The notes under the pieces are model-generated. The model worked only from the letters and a program-made list of their open reading frames with translations, made no database searches and was not told the origin of the DNA. Shown one piece after another: positions 51,746 through 63,135 of a stretch of 64,000 nucleotides of DNA. The stretch's first letter is position 1. Each line of letters starts with the position of its first letter. Source of the stretch: Callorhinchus milii (lineage: Eukaryota); assembly GCF_018977255.1 (NCBI RefSeq), contig NW_024704742.1, positions 88,290,001 through 88,354,000 on the forward strand, read 5' to 3'. The position numbers and the translations under genes are program-made.

Positions 51746-54700
51746 GCTGCTGCTTTGACCCGAGCCCCTCAGCCCCTCCCTCCCTCCTCCCTCCTCTGTA
51801 CCCCCAAACCCTCCCCCCTCTGCATCTCTCCCGCTCTGTCCTCCTCTCTCTCCGTCCCTCTCGCCTTCTATCCCCACTTGACCCTCCCACAACCTCCCTC
51901 TGTTCCAGCCTGGGAATCCTCCGCCGGGCTCACCGTGGCACTCGGCGTTGGCTGTCCAGCAGCAGCCACACCGACTGCCCCATACCCCACCACACTCGGC
52001 AGCCACCCCGGACACAGACCCGGGGAGCCAACCTCTCCTTCCTCATCTCCATTCCCCCACCCCTGCCTCACAGCTGGACCCCCCTCCCCTCCCACACACC
52101 CTTCTGTCAACCGCTCCCTCCACATCGGACTACAAAACGTCCGCTCCCTCTGTAACAAGGCCCTGGTCATCAACGATCTCATCCTTGATGAGAGCGTTGA
52201 CATCATGGCCTTAACGGAAACCTGGCTCACCCCAGGCGACACCTTCCCCCTCACGGAGGCCACACCACCCGGCTACACCTCCCACCACATCCCTCGCCCC
52301 AACCGCCGTGGCGGTGGTGTTGCCCTTATCTCAAGGACACCACTTGCCCTATCCCCCTACTCCTCTGGCTCTTTCCCCTCTTTCGAGCACCTCACCCTCT
52401 CCCACCCTCCTTCCTCTCACTCAAAATCCTCCTCCTCTACCGGCCCCCTAAAACCTCTCCCACCTTCATCTCCGATATTTCGACACTTCTCACATCTCTC
52501 TGCCTCTGCTCTGATCGCCTCATCATCCTGGGCGACTTTAACCTGCACTTCACCCCCTCCTGCTCCATCTCCTCAGACTTCTCTTCCCTGCTCTCCTCGC
52601 TCAACCTCTCCCTCCACATCAACTCCCCCACTCACAGTCACGGCCACCCACTCGACTTGGTGATCACCCGGGGCCTCAGTGTCTCGGATGTCACTATCAC
52701 CGACAAGGCCGTCTCCGACCACCACTTCATCTCCTTCACCACCTCCACCCCCTCCCCACCTCCACCAGACCCACCACCATCTTCTACCCCCCTGGAAGAA
52801 GTTACCCCCACAATCCCTAACCACTGCCTTGGAGTCCTCTGAACTCCTCTCCCTCTGGCCTTCAACCCTCACTGACCCCTCTTCTCCTCTCACCCTCCTC
52901 CACAACACCCTCTCCTCCACACTCGACACTCTTGCCCCCATCACCTCCCGTACTGTCTCCTACTCTCGCTCCTCCCCCTGGTTCACCACCCACCTCCGCT
53001 CACTGAAGAGCCAGGTGCGGGCCGCTGAACGCACCTGGGTCAAATCTGGCCTAACGGTCCACCGACAAATCTGGCTGGACCTCCTCAAAATCTACCGCTC
53101 CACTCTAGCCTCGGCCAAGTCGTCCTTCTACTCCAGGATAATCCTGGAGGCGAAGAACAACCCCAGGCTACTGTTTTCTACCACATCCCGACTCCTCCGT
53201 CCCCCCCGCCACCCCGCGCAGGTCATCTCCTCCAACCTTCACTGCGAGGAGATGCTGGATTTCCTTGAATCCAAAATCAAGGGAATTCGCTCCGCGGTCA
53301 CTTCCCCTCCAACCTCCACCCACCCCCACCCCCTCCCTCCCACACTCCGACTCCTACCCATCCTCCCCTACACACCTTCGTACCCGTTTCCCCACCCTCT
53401 GTCACCAAACTCATCCTATCCCTGAAACCCACCACCTGCTCCCTTGACCCCATCCCCACTCCACTCCTTATCTCCCAGCTCCACCTCCTTGCCCCACATA
53501 TCACAGACATCGTCAACCTGTCCCTCTCCTCTGGCTCTGTTCCCATTCCCTTAAAAACTGCCACCATCACTCCCACCTTGAAAAAACCCTCCCTTGATGC
53601 GTCGCAGCTATCAAGCTACCGGCCCATCTCCAACCTCCCCTTCCTGTCCAAGGTCCTTGAACGAGTTGTCGCCTCCCAGCTGCGCTCTTTCCTCTCCAAC
53701 CATTCATTATTCGAACCCCTTCAGTCGGGTTTCCGTGCTGCCCATAGCACAGAAACTGCCCTGGTCAAGGTCACCAATGACATCCTGACCATCTGTGACC
53801 AGGGCTCCCTCTGCCTCCTCGTCCTCCTCGACCTATCGGCAGCATTCGATACCGTCGACCATGCTATCCTCCTCCACCGCTTGTCCTCCCACCTCAACCT
53901 TCAAGGCCCTGTCCTTGAATGGTTTAGGTCGTACCTTTCCCACCGTCTTCACTTTGTTTCCATGAATGGCTTTTCCTCCAGCTCCTGCACTGTCTCGTGC
54001 GGTGTCCCTCAGGGCTCTGTCCTCGGTCCCCTCCTCTTCACCCTCTATATGCTCCCCCTTGGTGACATCATCCGCAGACATGGGGTTAACTTCCACATGT
54101 ATGCGGATGACACCCAACTCTACCTTTCCTCCTCTACCCTCAACTCCACGACCACCGATGTCCTGACAGCTGCCTGTCCGACATCGAGTCCTGGACGAGA
54201 GACAACTTTCTTCAGCTCAACGTGCGTAAAACTGAGGCCCTCCTGATTGGCTCACGTCAGCGCCTCCGCACCTCAGGCGCTGACACCATCAGCATCCAAG
54301 GCTGCACTCTCCACCTCTCAAAGCCAGTCAGGAACCTCGGGGTTCTGTTCGACCCTGAGCTGTCCTTTCTCCCTCATATCCGCGCCACAACTGGCACCGC
54401 CTTCCATCACCTCCGGAATATCGCCAGACTACGGCACTACCTCACCCCTCACGCTGCTGAAACTCTGGTCCACGCCTTTATCACCTCAAGGCTGGACTAT
54501 GGGAACTCTCTCCTCGCCGGCCTTCCCGGCACCTCCCTCCACAAGCTGCAGGTCATTCAGAACTCTGCAGCTCGTGTAATGTCCCGCACCAGGCTTCGCG
54601 ACCACATCACTCCCACCCTCGCTCGCCTCCACTGGCTCCCCATCCCCCAGAGGATCGAATTCCAAGATCCTCACCCTCACCTACAAGGCCATTCACGGCC

Positions 54701-54950
54701 TCGCTCCCTCCTACCTCTCTAATCTACTATAGCCCTACCTACCTGCCCGTACCCTCCGCTCCTCTGGCTCCGGTCTGCTCCACATCCCCCGCCCCAACTG
54801 CCCTACCATCGGTGGCTGGGCCTTCAGCCTCTCAGCCCCGAGGCTCTGGAACTCTATCCCCCAGTGCCTTCGCCGCCTCCTCCCTTTCCTCCTTCAAGGC
54901 CGGTCTCAAGTCCTTTCTCTTTGACCGTGCCTTCAGCTCCCCTCTCGACT
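51743..54950 (+). pseudogene. Frameshifted L2 ORF2 (APE endonuclease + reverse transcriptase)
   Basis: APE motifs IGLQNVRSL, DIMALTETWL, RGGGVA, ILGDFN, HGHPLDLV, SDHH. RT motifs [61 protein letters not shown]-terminal SRLDYGN and LHWLPI. Frame changes near 52410, 52780, 53340-53420, 54170 and 54660. Confidence 0.92.
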
Positions 54951-55874
54951 CTCTACCCCCTCCTCACTCCCTCCCTTCCCTCCCCTCACCCTGACCATTT
55001 CCCCCTGCTCGGGTCCTGACCCAACTGTACAGCGCCTTGGGACGTCCTCCCGACGTGAAAGACGCTCTACAAATGGAATCTTGTTGTTGTTGTTGAGACA
55101 CCGTCTGGCGTTGAGGGCCTATATAAATCCAAATTATTGTCGTCGTTGTTGTGAATCCAAGTTGTTGTTGTTGTTGCAGTTATGTTTAGGTGTAGGCAAT
55201 TGTGACGCACAGCAATATGCCACAACAGCTCTGAGGTGAATGATCAATTTGTCTGGAGCATTGTTGGTCAAGACTCAGGAAATACTTCCTTCTCTTTCTG
55301 AGTAGTGTCATGCCCACTTTCTGTGGAGTCTGACCCTCATTGGCTTATTGCATAGTACTGAATGGTCTTAAAGCCACATCCTATCACTCCATGGCGCAGC
55401 GCTTCACTGGGACCACTATGTAGAAAGGTGGCTGTTTATCAAAGGGATTGGAAGGACACATTTCACACTCTATGTCAATATGTGCACAGGGCAAATTCCG
55501 AGTTATTCCATTGCCAATCTTGATCTGAAAAAGAACCATTGCACACAAATAGATCTGTCCTGTTTTTTTTTACACTGCCTTGTGTGTTTTTCTCATGCCT
55601 TTGTTTTGATTGTAGGTTGCTAGGATCAATACAATTCCCACAAAAGAGATGGGAAAACCTCATCAGTCGCTCTCCCACTTTAGTTTTTATTAAAATCAAT
55701 ACCTCCGCCAGGCTAACTGAACAAACTCAGAAGGCCTTGGAGAAGGTCCACAAAGTCAGGCTGGTGTAGATCATGTTCCTCTTATGCCGGTATCATAAAT
55801 GATAGCACTTTGCAATTTAGTACAAGTGATCTTGCTGCACTTCATTAGAATAATACCAATAATCCTCCAGTGCA

Positions 55875-56010
55875 TTGGTTAGAGCACTCGCCTTGCAAGC
55901 GAGAGGACTAGGGTTTGATTCCTGGGTGAAACATCAGGCAAGTTTCCTAACTCTACACACCTCTGTTTACCTAGCAGTAAGTAGGAATCCAATTGTTAGT
56001 CATTGTCGGA
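55875..56010 (+). mobile_element. tRNA-Ala SINE 5' half
   Basis: GGTTAGAGCACTCGCCTTGCAAGCGAGAGGAC...GGCAAGTTTCC. Confidence 0.7.
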
Positions 56011-56707
56011 TCACTTTCTGGGAGAAACTCCTTTCTCTTTTCCATTTGTGGGTCATGGTTTTGTCTGCCTGCCTTCAGGTGAATATTAAAGATCCAATAA
56101 CAGTAATGGGAAAGAGGAGGGCACACCCTCCAGAAAAATTGGTCAGTTACTTTGTGGTTGTATGTGAGACCTTACTGCCTGCTCTGTTTGCCTACCAAAA
56201 TAGTCTCTATGCTTCTCTGTAGCAAGTTGACATGCATGCGCATTAAACAAAATGTTTTTTGTCTAATTATGATAAATGTTTTTGTGGAAATTGTATGAGG
56301 CAGAGGCTTTGCAACATTCTAGGCATATATTTTAACTCTGGATTTATCATAACTCTGGGGATATCGTAAATGTTCAATGAGGCAATACTAATGAGATGGA
56401 CATATATAGAGTATTGCTATTTACAATAAAATTCAAGCCAGCACAGGTTTATTCATCTATTGGCCAATATGACTTATTGGCTCGATGAATTATGCTTTGC
56501 ACCCCACCCAGAGCTCTATGCTTATCAGACTACCTCTTTACTCTTTGGCAGCATTAAAAAATAATTGGCTCTTAAAAGTTTTACAGTGAATTTATAAGTA
56601 ACTAACTGATATCTCAAACACAAATAAAACTTTTGTGTGTCCTGGCGCTATAGGCACAAAATTCCACCTCATTGTAGCCTGTGAGACCATTCATTTTAAA
56701 ATATAAT

Positions 56708-56945
56708 AGAAGAGTATCCAAACCAGACTGAAAGTTCCACATACATATGCCACCTAGACATGGAAACTTCCTTGTGCCTGGAATGGAACTTTCTCCCTGG
56801 TGGAACATACCTGGCTTATCTAATTCCAGGTGCATGTTGGCAAGAGACGATATTTGGGGATCCCAGAGGATGGTTTGGCGTATTGTAGAATTTAACTATC
56901 TAGAATACACAGCAAGAGAGCAGTGTCTGGCCAGCTTCCTGCTGT
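56708..56945 (-). mobile_element. Family X copy
   Basis: GAGTATCCAAACCAGACTGAAAG...GCTTATCTAATTCCAG...CATGTTGGCAAGAG...GGCCAGCTTCC. Confidence 0.6.
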
Positions 56946-57016
56946 TGTCTATTTACAACCATCTTGTCTGTTAGGACTTTGGTTTGCAGGGTTAATATAT
57001 TAAGAACATAATTGCA

Positions 57017-57316
57017 ATAATAATAATAATAATCAAAATTGCATTTTGATATAGTGCTTTTCACATCTTCTAGACGTCTCAAAGTACTTAGCAGAATATA
57101 CTGTAAATTGAATTGACTGTATACTTGTGGGCGAAAGCAGCAGCCAATTGCGGACAGCAGTGTCCCACAAACAGTCGTGGATTGAGTAACCAAATTGTTA
57201 TTATTATTATTTTTTTTCTTGAGGGATTATTATCAGTCATGTGGAGTAAGGAAACTTGCCCAAGTTTTGCCCTGTCGGGAATTGAACCCAGGTCTCTTGC
57301 TTGCAAGGTGAATGCT
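57017..57316 (-). mobile_element. tRNA-Ala SINE, slightly 5'-truncated
   Basis: GTGGAGTAAGGAAACTTGCCCAAG...GGGAATTGAACCCAGGTCTCTTGCTTGCAAG. Confidence 0.85.
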
Positions 57317-58329
57317 CGCAAGCGAGATCCTAATAGGAGCCATGTAGGAATAATCCCTGCCCCCCCAGAGACTGGCCTGCCCCTCCAAGTCCTTCTGATG
57401 AGTCAGACTGGCTGTGCTGTCATCAGCAGTGCTCTGGAGTCCTGCAGAACCTGCCTGGCTCAGGAACAAGACTACTTTTGCCCACAAAATGCAGTCATTG
57501 CACTTTACAGTATATACTGTGAAGCACATTGAGACGTCTGGAAGATGTGATAAGGCGCTATTTCAAATGCAAGGATTATTATTATTACGGAGACTGGCAC
57601 AGAGGACCTATGATACCAAGTGCACAAATACACCTTTGCTCCACTTGCCAGCAATATTTGTGAAGAGCTTTGGGATGTGTCTATGTTCTAGACACTAAAT
57701 GAAATGGACGGTTTATTCTCTGCAATTACACATGAAGAAGGTGTGTAAATTCTCTAAACTGAAACATCCTCTCAGAGGATCACCAGCCCTCTTTTCAGCC
57801 GATTTGCCACAGGCCAAGAACAATAGCACAGAACCTGACTCAAATTAAAATGTAGCAGAAAAGACTCTCCCCTGCTGTACTGCACATTATTTCAGCAGGT
57901 CTGTGAGCCAGGCTAGTCACTCTTTCCATCTCAGTTTTTGCCACCCAAGATGTAGAGGCCACTGGCATGAAAGGGGTGTGGGGGGGAGGTATTGTATTGG
58001 GCAAAAGAGATCTGAGCATTTTGGGGCTTTTGCTTGTCCATGTGGAAGGACTTTATTTGGATTAACTTGTTGAGAGATTTACGATTTGTAGCTGATTTGT
58101 AGCACTCGCCATTGATTTGGGGGAGAGAGCAAGTACTAGGCTCAGACTTCCAGTGGATGTTCAGGAAAAGTGAAACAACCTGTAGTGCAGGTGACAAACA
58201 GCTCTGATCTCCAACAACACCAACCCCCTGCTCTTCAGAAAGCAAGCACACCATATGGGACTCGGTGTTGCAGTCATTTGTGGGTGTCTATCTGTCCAAA
58301 CCCATAAAATGTTTGGAACTAACCATCCG

Positions 58330-58559
58330 TCCAAGTTGGTCTAGATTTACTCTATTTCTATTGCTTTTAGAGCATCCAGAATTTAGCAAATTCTTAATTA
58401 AAGCCTTAATTTGGAAGCTATTTTTCTGTACTTTTTTTTTGGAATTGCACAAAATCTACTTCAAAGTTAAGACTGAATTCAATGTTTTGCCAAGTTCTTA
58501 GTTGCTCTGAAATGCTCCAGTAAATAGGGTGAATCTGGAATCCAGGTGGAATTTCTCCC
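58330..58559. mobile_element. Same MITE-like palindromic family
   Basis: Ends CCAGGTGGAATTTCTCCC-TATA; internal AGAGCATCCAGAATTTAGCAAATT and TTAAGACTGAATTCAA. Confidence 0.55.
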
Positions 58560-58574
58560 TATAGGTTTCAACTG

Positions 58575-58905
58575 CGAGATCAGGAGGTGTTGAGGGCAGG
58601 GAGGGTAGGGGTAGCATGGTGGCTGAAGGCGTGGTTGAAGAGGAGTGTCTTGAGATGTTCCTTGAAAGAGGCAAGGGCCGGAGCGAGGTGAAGGGAATGT
58701 GGGATGGAGTTCCAAAGGTTGGGTAAGAGAAGGCTGAAGACCCGACCATCAATGGTGGGGTAGACTGGGTGGGGGACCTGGCGCAGGCCAGAGCCTGCTG
58801 AGCAGAGGGAGCAAACAGGTCAATATGGCATTAGCAGCTCACAGAGGTCGGAAGGAGCAAGGCCATGGAGGGCTTTGAAGGAAAGGACAAAGATTTTGAA
58901 CTCTA
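58575..58905 (-). mobile_element. Degenerate L2 3' fragment
   Basis: GGAGTTCCAAAGGTTGGG...GGCCATGGAGGGCTTTGAAG, similar to 17350-17550. Confidence 0.65.
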
Positions 58906-59142
58906 GAGCGTTAAAGATCCAATGGCACCATTCAAAGGGAATTTCTCTTAGGCTCCTGGCCAACAATCCCCAAATAAGATTGGTCATTCATTTCATGGCT
59001 GTCCACCTCTGGTTAACATCTCATCCAAAGGACTCCAACTTTGCGCAATGCACTGGAGCGTCAACCTAGACTGTGAGCTTAATGTCCCAATGTGGGTCTT
59101 GAGCCCTGTGATTCATAGGCTACCAGCTTAGCCAGACTAACA

Positions 59143-59360
59143 AACAACAACAACTTTCATTTATATAGCGTTCTTCATGCGGGGCAGTGTCTTGGAGCGT
59201 TTAACAGAGGCGGAGCCTGGTGCTGAGCTGGGGGGAGGGAAGAGGTGACTGTAAGCAAGGTCGAGGAGGAATCTAAAGTTGTAATCTAAGAGAAGGGAAG
59301 GACGGGCAAGGTGGAAGGATTGAGGGAGAGAGTTCCAAAGCTTCTTCGTAGTAGCTGAAA
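59143..59360 (-). mobile_element. L2 3' tail fragment
   Basis: (CAA)n-CTTTCATTTATATAGCG...GAGAGTTCCAAAG. Confidence 0.6.
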
Positions 59361-59649
59361 CCTATATGCACTCACTGCACTACTCCAGGCTTCTGATTCC
59401 CTGCAACTGACTTCTCCAGATTTCTGTCATTAATAAAATACAGAACCCTTACATGGTCAATTTATGTGAGCTGAGAAGGGAGTTGTAAATCTAGATATGG
59501 AGTTTTAACTCAGTGATCAATCACATTAAAAAGGAAGACATTTGCAGGTATTCCTTAACTCATACCTTGTATTTATTTCCACAAAGTTAAGGAATACTGC
59601 AAAAGTTGCCCCTATATTTCCCACACGAATATCATTCCTGTTCACACCC

Positions 59650-59907
59650 CATCACTCTACCTGCCCCTTGGCTCAGCCAACTCCACCCTCTACAAGTCCT
59701 TTATCCCCTCCGCTCCATCATCAGCAGCCGGGCTTTAAGCCACTATGCCCTGACACTCCTCTTTGCACGTCTTCAGATCTCACTTGAAGACCTACCTCTT
59801 TAACCATGCTTGCAGTTCCCTCTGCTTTCTCCCAATTCGGCATCAAACAACGCCATTGTTAAGCCTGTGAAGGGCACTATGTAAATGCAAGTTGCTGTTG
59901 TTGTTGC
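59650..59907 (+). mobile_element. Degenerate L2 3' fragment
   Basis: GCTTTAAGCCACTATG...TTGAAGACCTACCTCTTT...AAATGCAAGTTGCTGTTGTTG. Confidence 0.55.
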
Positions 59908-60335
59908 CTGATGGTGGAGGAGAGCTCAGGGTGTGCTTAATTGAGGATATAAGAATCAACTTTAACCGTTACTAAGGAACAGTTGCATGGCCAGCTCTCT
60001 GATAACATGAACGAGATTATTGGTGATCCAATTGATTTTTGTTTAAAAGCTCTGTCGAAGTTGCCTGGCACACAATCTCAATTTACACTGAATCCAATTC
60101 CTAAGGCAGTTTCAGGAGTGGCACTTGGAATCGAATTGATATCCAAACACTTCATTTGCATGGCAATTTTATTATCGACTCGATACAAATGCACCATCAA
60201 CCTGCCAATGCAAAAAATGGCTATTTCGACTGGATTTAACTCAGCAGCAGACCCAGAAACAGTTAGTTCTATTAAACAGTTTTGCACAGTAAAAGCAATT
60301 TTTTTTGCACGTGTATAAACCAGACAAAATCAAAG

Positions 60336-60552
60336 AAAACACAAATTACTTCAGATGCTGGAAATCTGAAAATAAAACAGAAGTCGCTGGGACACTCAGC
60401 AGGTCAGGCAGCATCTATGGAGAAAGGAAAGTGAGTCGAGGTTATTTAACGTTCTGATGAAGGGTTGTGGACCCGAAAACTTGACTCAATTTCCTTTCTC
60501 CGTCGATGCTGCCTGACCTGCTGAGTGTTCCCAGCGACTTCTCTTTTTGTTT
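60336..60552 (+). mobile_element. Penelope-like element remnant, fold-back (inverted pLTR) insertion
   Basis: Arms ~60365-60440 and ~60480-60556 are reverse complements (CTCAGCAGGTCAGGCAGCATC / GATGCTGCCTGACCTGCTGAG). Perfect 15-bp TSD CAGACAAAATCAAAG at 60321-60335 and 60553-60567. Hammerhead-like motif lies in the loop. Confidence 0.75.
60450..60487 (+). ncRNA. Minimal hammerhead-ribozyme-like motif
   Basis: GTT-CTGATGA-A-GGGTT-GTG-GACCC-GAAA-AC-TT-GAC: CUGAUGA and GAAA cores flank a stem II; short stem I GUU/GAC; stem III differs from the family consensus ACGU. Confidence 0.55.
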
Positions 60553-61244
60553 CAGACAAAATCAAAGTTCAGAATAATACCTCACACACTAACTCAGATC
60601 ATCTTCTGATTTCTGTTGTTGCTGCATTTTAGTTAGAAATTTCTAACATGCTGCATCATAAGGAAGTTAACCATTACCGTTTAGCAACGAGTCTGTAACA
60701 CGCTATTAATGGTTGTTGCCTCTTGGGGGAATACAGTAAAATATTATTTGGAAACCGCATATCAACCTGTTACCAATTAGAAACTCTGACAGGATCTTTG
60801 TAACGCAGGTGTACCAGATTTATTCAAGATGCCCCAATTTGGCGCTCGCAGAGAACAAGTAACAATATACTGCAGGTACTGTTGCACAAATTTAATATAA
60901 AGGATAAATGTCATCTAATAAGGGAAGTCTCGGTTTTATTAGGTGTGGTAGAAACAGAGTTAACTCGCCGGCTACAGAAAAATTAATGATACCACTGGTT
61001 CAATATCTGAAATCTTATTTCCACCCGCCTATACTATAAATTCAGCAGATGTTAATCTCTCTTCCGTTACTTTCAACTGATGAGTTAGTCTGCTGTCTCT
61101 TTTTATATAGGTAGTGACTATCAGAAATGCTGATCTACTTGTTAGGAAGGATACCGCCACACAAAACCTTCAGGCACAACTCACTTTGCAACAAGCCAAT
61201 GTCTGCTATGCCTCCAAAGACCTCAATTGCTGCCTCGGATACTT

Positions 61245-61632
61245 TAATAATCCTTGCATTTGATAAAGCGCCTTATCACGTCGTTGAGATGTCTCAAAGT
61301 GCTTCACAGAATATACTGTATTGTGAATTTACTATATATTTTATCTGTTGTGGCTGAAATGTGTCAGCCAATTGCACAGAGTAGTATCCCACAAACAGTC
61401 ATGGATTGAATGACCAAATCATTTATTTATTTATTTAGAAGAGATTATTGGAAATAATCCACCAGAAAGCAATCTACCAATTGACTAACAACCTGGTTCC
61501 TACTTACTGCAAGGTAAACAGATGCGTGTGGAGTAAGGAAACTTGCCTAAAATTTTGCCCTGCCCGGGAATCAAACCCAGGTCCTTTCGCTTGTGATGCG
61601 AGTGTTTTAACCCGTATGCTACAGTATTCCAA
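61245..61632 (-). mobile_element. Older tRNA-Ala SINE copy
   Basis: Full head-body-tail similarity to 26010-26369. Confidence 0.82.
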
Positions 61633-62664
61633 TTGTGTTGGCCACAGTATTTAAAGGTGATCAATGTATAGCTCTTCTGTGGTGCTCAAAATGCATTGCC
61701 TACAGAATACACAGGCACTATGATTCACAGCAAAATCCTGTGAAATGCTTTCAGACATCCTCCCGACAAGACAGGCGATCTGTCAAATGCAAGGAAAATA
61801 GGATTATTTTTTATCCTAGGCACGTAAACACAGATCCATTAAATGTGTTTTGAATTGTTTTGAAACATTGCAATATTCACTCCAGTGGTTTGTTTCTTTG
61901 GTCCAAATACCTCCAAAAAGCTTTAATCGTGACATCCAAAGGAGTCCTGGTTATACTGTGTTCATTTTTGTCACATCTCCCGAGCGTTTTACAGTTAAAT
62001 CCAGGTCGATATCAATGGGGAGCCTAACCCAGCCTGATTGTTGTCCTTTAGTGATAGCTTCTCTATGGGTTTCAGCTATTGATACATGCAGCCCATGGCT
62101 TTGTGAGGAGCTGGCTCCCCCATTGTAAATGTAGAGACATTAAGGCAGAGCAGCTGAGAATGCTGCAATTTTCTAGGTCAAATGTGAGGCAATTCGTAAA
62201 ACATCCATAAATGGTTATGACATTATTAGTTCCTTACGCGAGCTGCAAAGTACCTAAAGGCCTATCCATGGCAGATACGACATAAGAAGAGATGTGATGA
62301 CTGAGCAATCCAGCAATCTGATTAATCAATTTGAAACGGCAGTTCTATGTATTCCAAAGCTGATTATTTACATTTCAGGCTGATAGCTGAAACGGAGCAA
62401 ATGAACTGATTGATCCGAAGAGTAAAGCATTTATACATGCCCACGGCTCGAATTCCAAACAGCACTAAAATCAATTGCTGTTAACAATGAATATTGAAGC
62501 ACGTTCCATGTGCAGGGGGGGAGGTTTGGCGGGGGCGGCTAGAGTAAGTGGGAGGCTGAGAGCTGATTAAAGCTCAAGAGGCTCAAAATATCTCATGGTT
62601 TTATCCTTAAGACCATTGTCTTACAAGCCTGCAAAATTGTGGATAATTCTTAAGTTCAGTCTAT

Positions 62665-62807
62665 GGGATAGAACCTCCACCTGGGTACAGTGCACTGTAC
62701 TTATGTAGCATTTCAGAGCACCCAGAATCTTTAATTTTGAAACTATTTTTCTGTAAGTAGCAGATGTTGTTGTTGTAAATCTAAGCCCAGGTGGAATTTC
62801 TACCCCC
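62665..62807. mobile_element. MITE-like element with GGGGTAGAAATTCCACCTGGG-type TIRs
   Basis: Left GGGATAGAACCTCCACCTGGG versus reverse complement of the right end GGGGTAGAAATTCCACCTGGG (18/21). Confidence 0.6.
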
Positions 62808-62844
62808 TTCATTCGGAAGCTGTTTTTCTGCAGACCTAAAAATA

Positions 62845-63135
62845 CCCAAGGTCCTATCTGCCTGTTCAGGTTGATGTTAAAGATCCCATGGCACTATTCA
62901 GAAAAGAGAAGGAAGTTTCTCCAGGTGGCCTGGCCAACAATCCCCCAAATAAAATCAGTCTCTCATTCCTTGGCTGTTTGTAGGACATTGCTGTGCACAC
63001 ATTGGCTGCCAGGTTTGCCCGCAAAACACACAATCACTGCACTTTATATTGTATCCCTTCAAGCATTTTGGGGTGTTCTCCCGATGGGAAATGCCAAATA
63101 GCAATTCTTACCAAATGTAAGAATTATTATTATTA
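62845..63135 (+). mobile_element. Deu-domain SINE 3' part
   Basis: CTGCCTGTTCAGGTTGATGTTAAAGATCCCATGGCACTATTC...ATTGGCTGCC...tail. Confidence 0.8.

Larger units (their letters stand above)
51453..55094 (+). mobile_element. Near full-length L2-clade LINE, single-ORF type, inserted into the tail of an older L2
   Basis: GC-rich 5' region, APE and RT coding blocks, 3' stem-loop at 55031-55066, (TTG)n tail. Flanked by GAGAtACC (51445-51452) and GAGAcACC (55095-55102), a putative TSD splitting an older L2 tail. Confidence 0.93.

Noticed and set aside
51666..53576. Gly/Arg/Glu-rich antisense ORFs over the L2
   Set aside because: A by-product of the C-rich, stop-poor L2 sense strand.
57395..57415. 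CTGATGAGTCAGAC hammerhead-like start
   Set aside because: No GAAA core after the putative stem II.
57931..58254. 107-aa minus-strand ORF with a possible splice acceptor near 58183
   Set aside because: No recognisable domain or homology; length is compatible with chance.
62294..62321. C/D-box snoRNA-like GTGATGA...CTGA
   Set aside because: Spacing is too short, there is no terminal stem and no identifiable guide.
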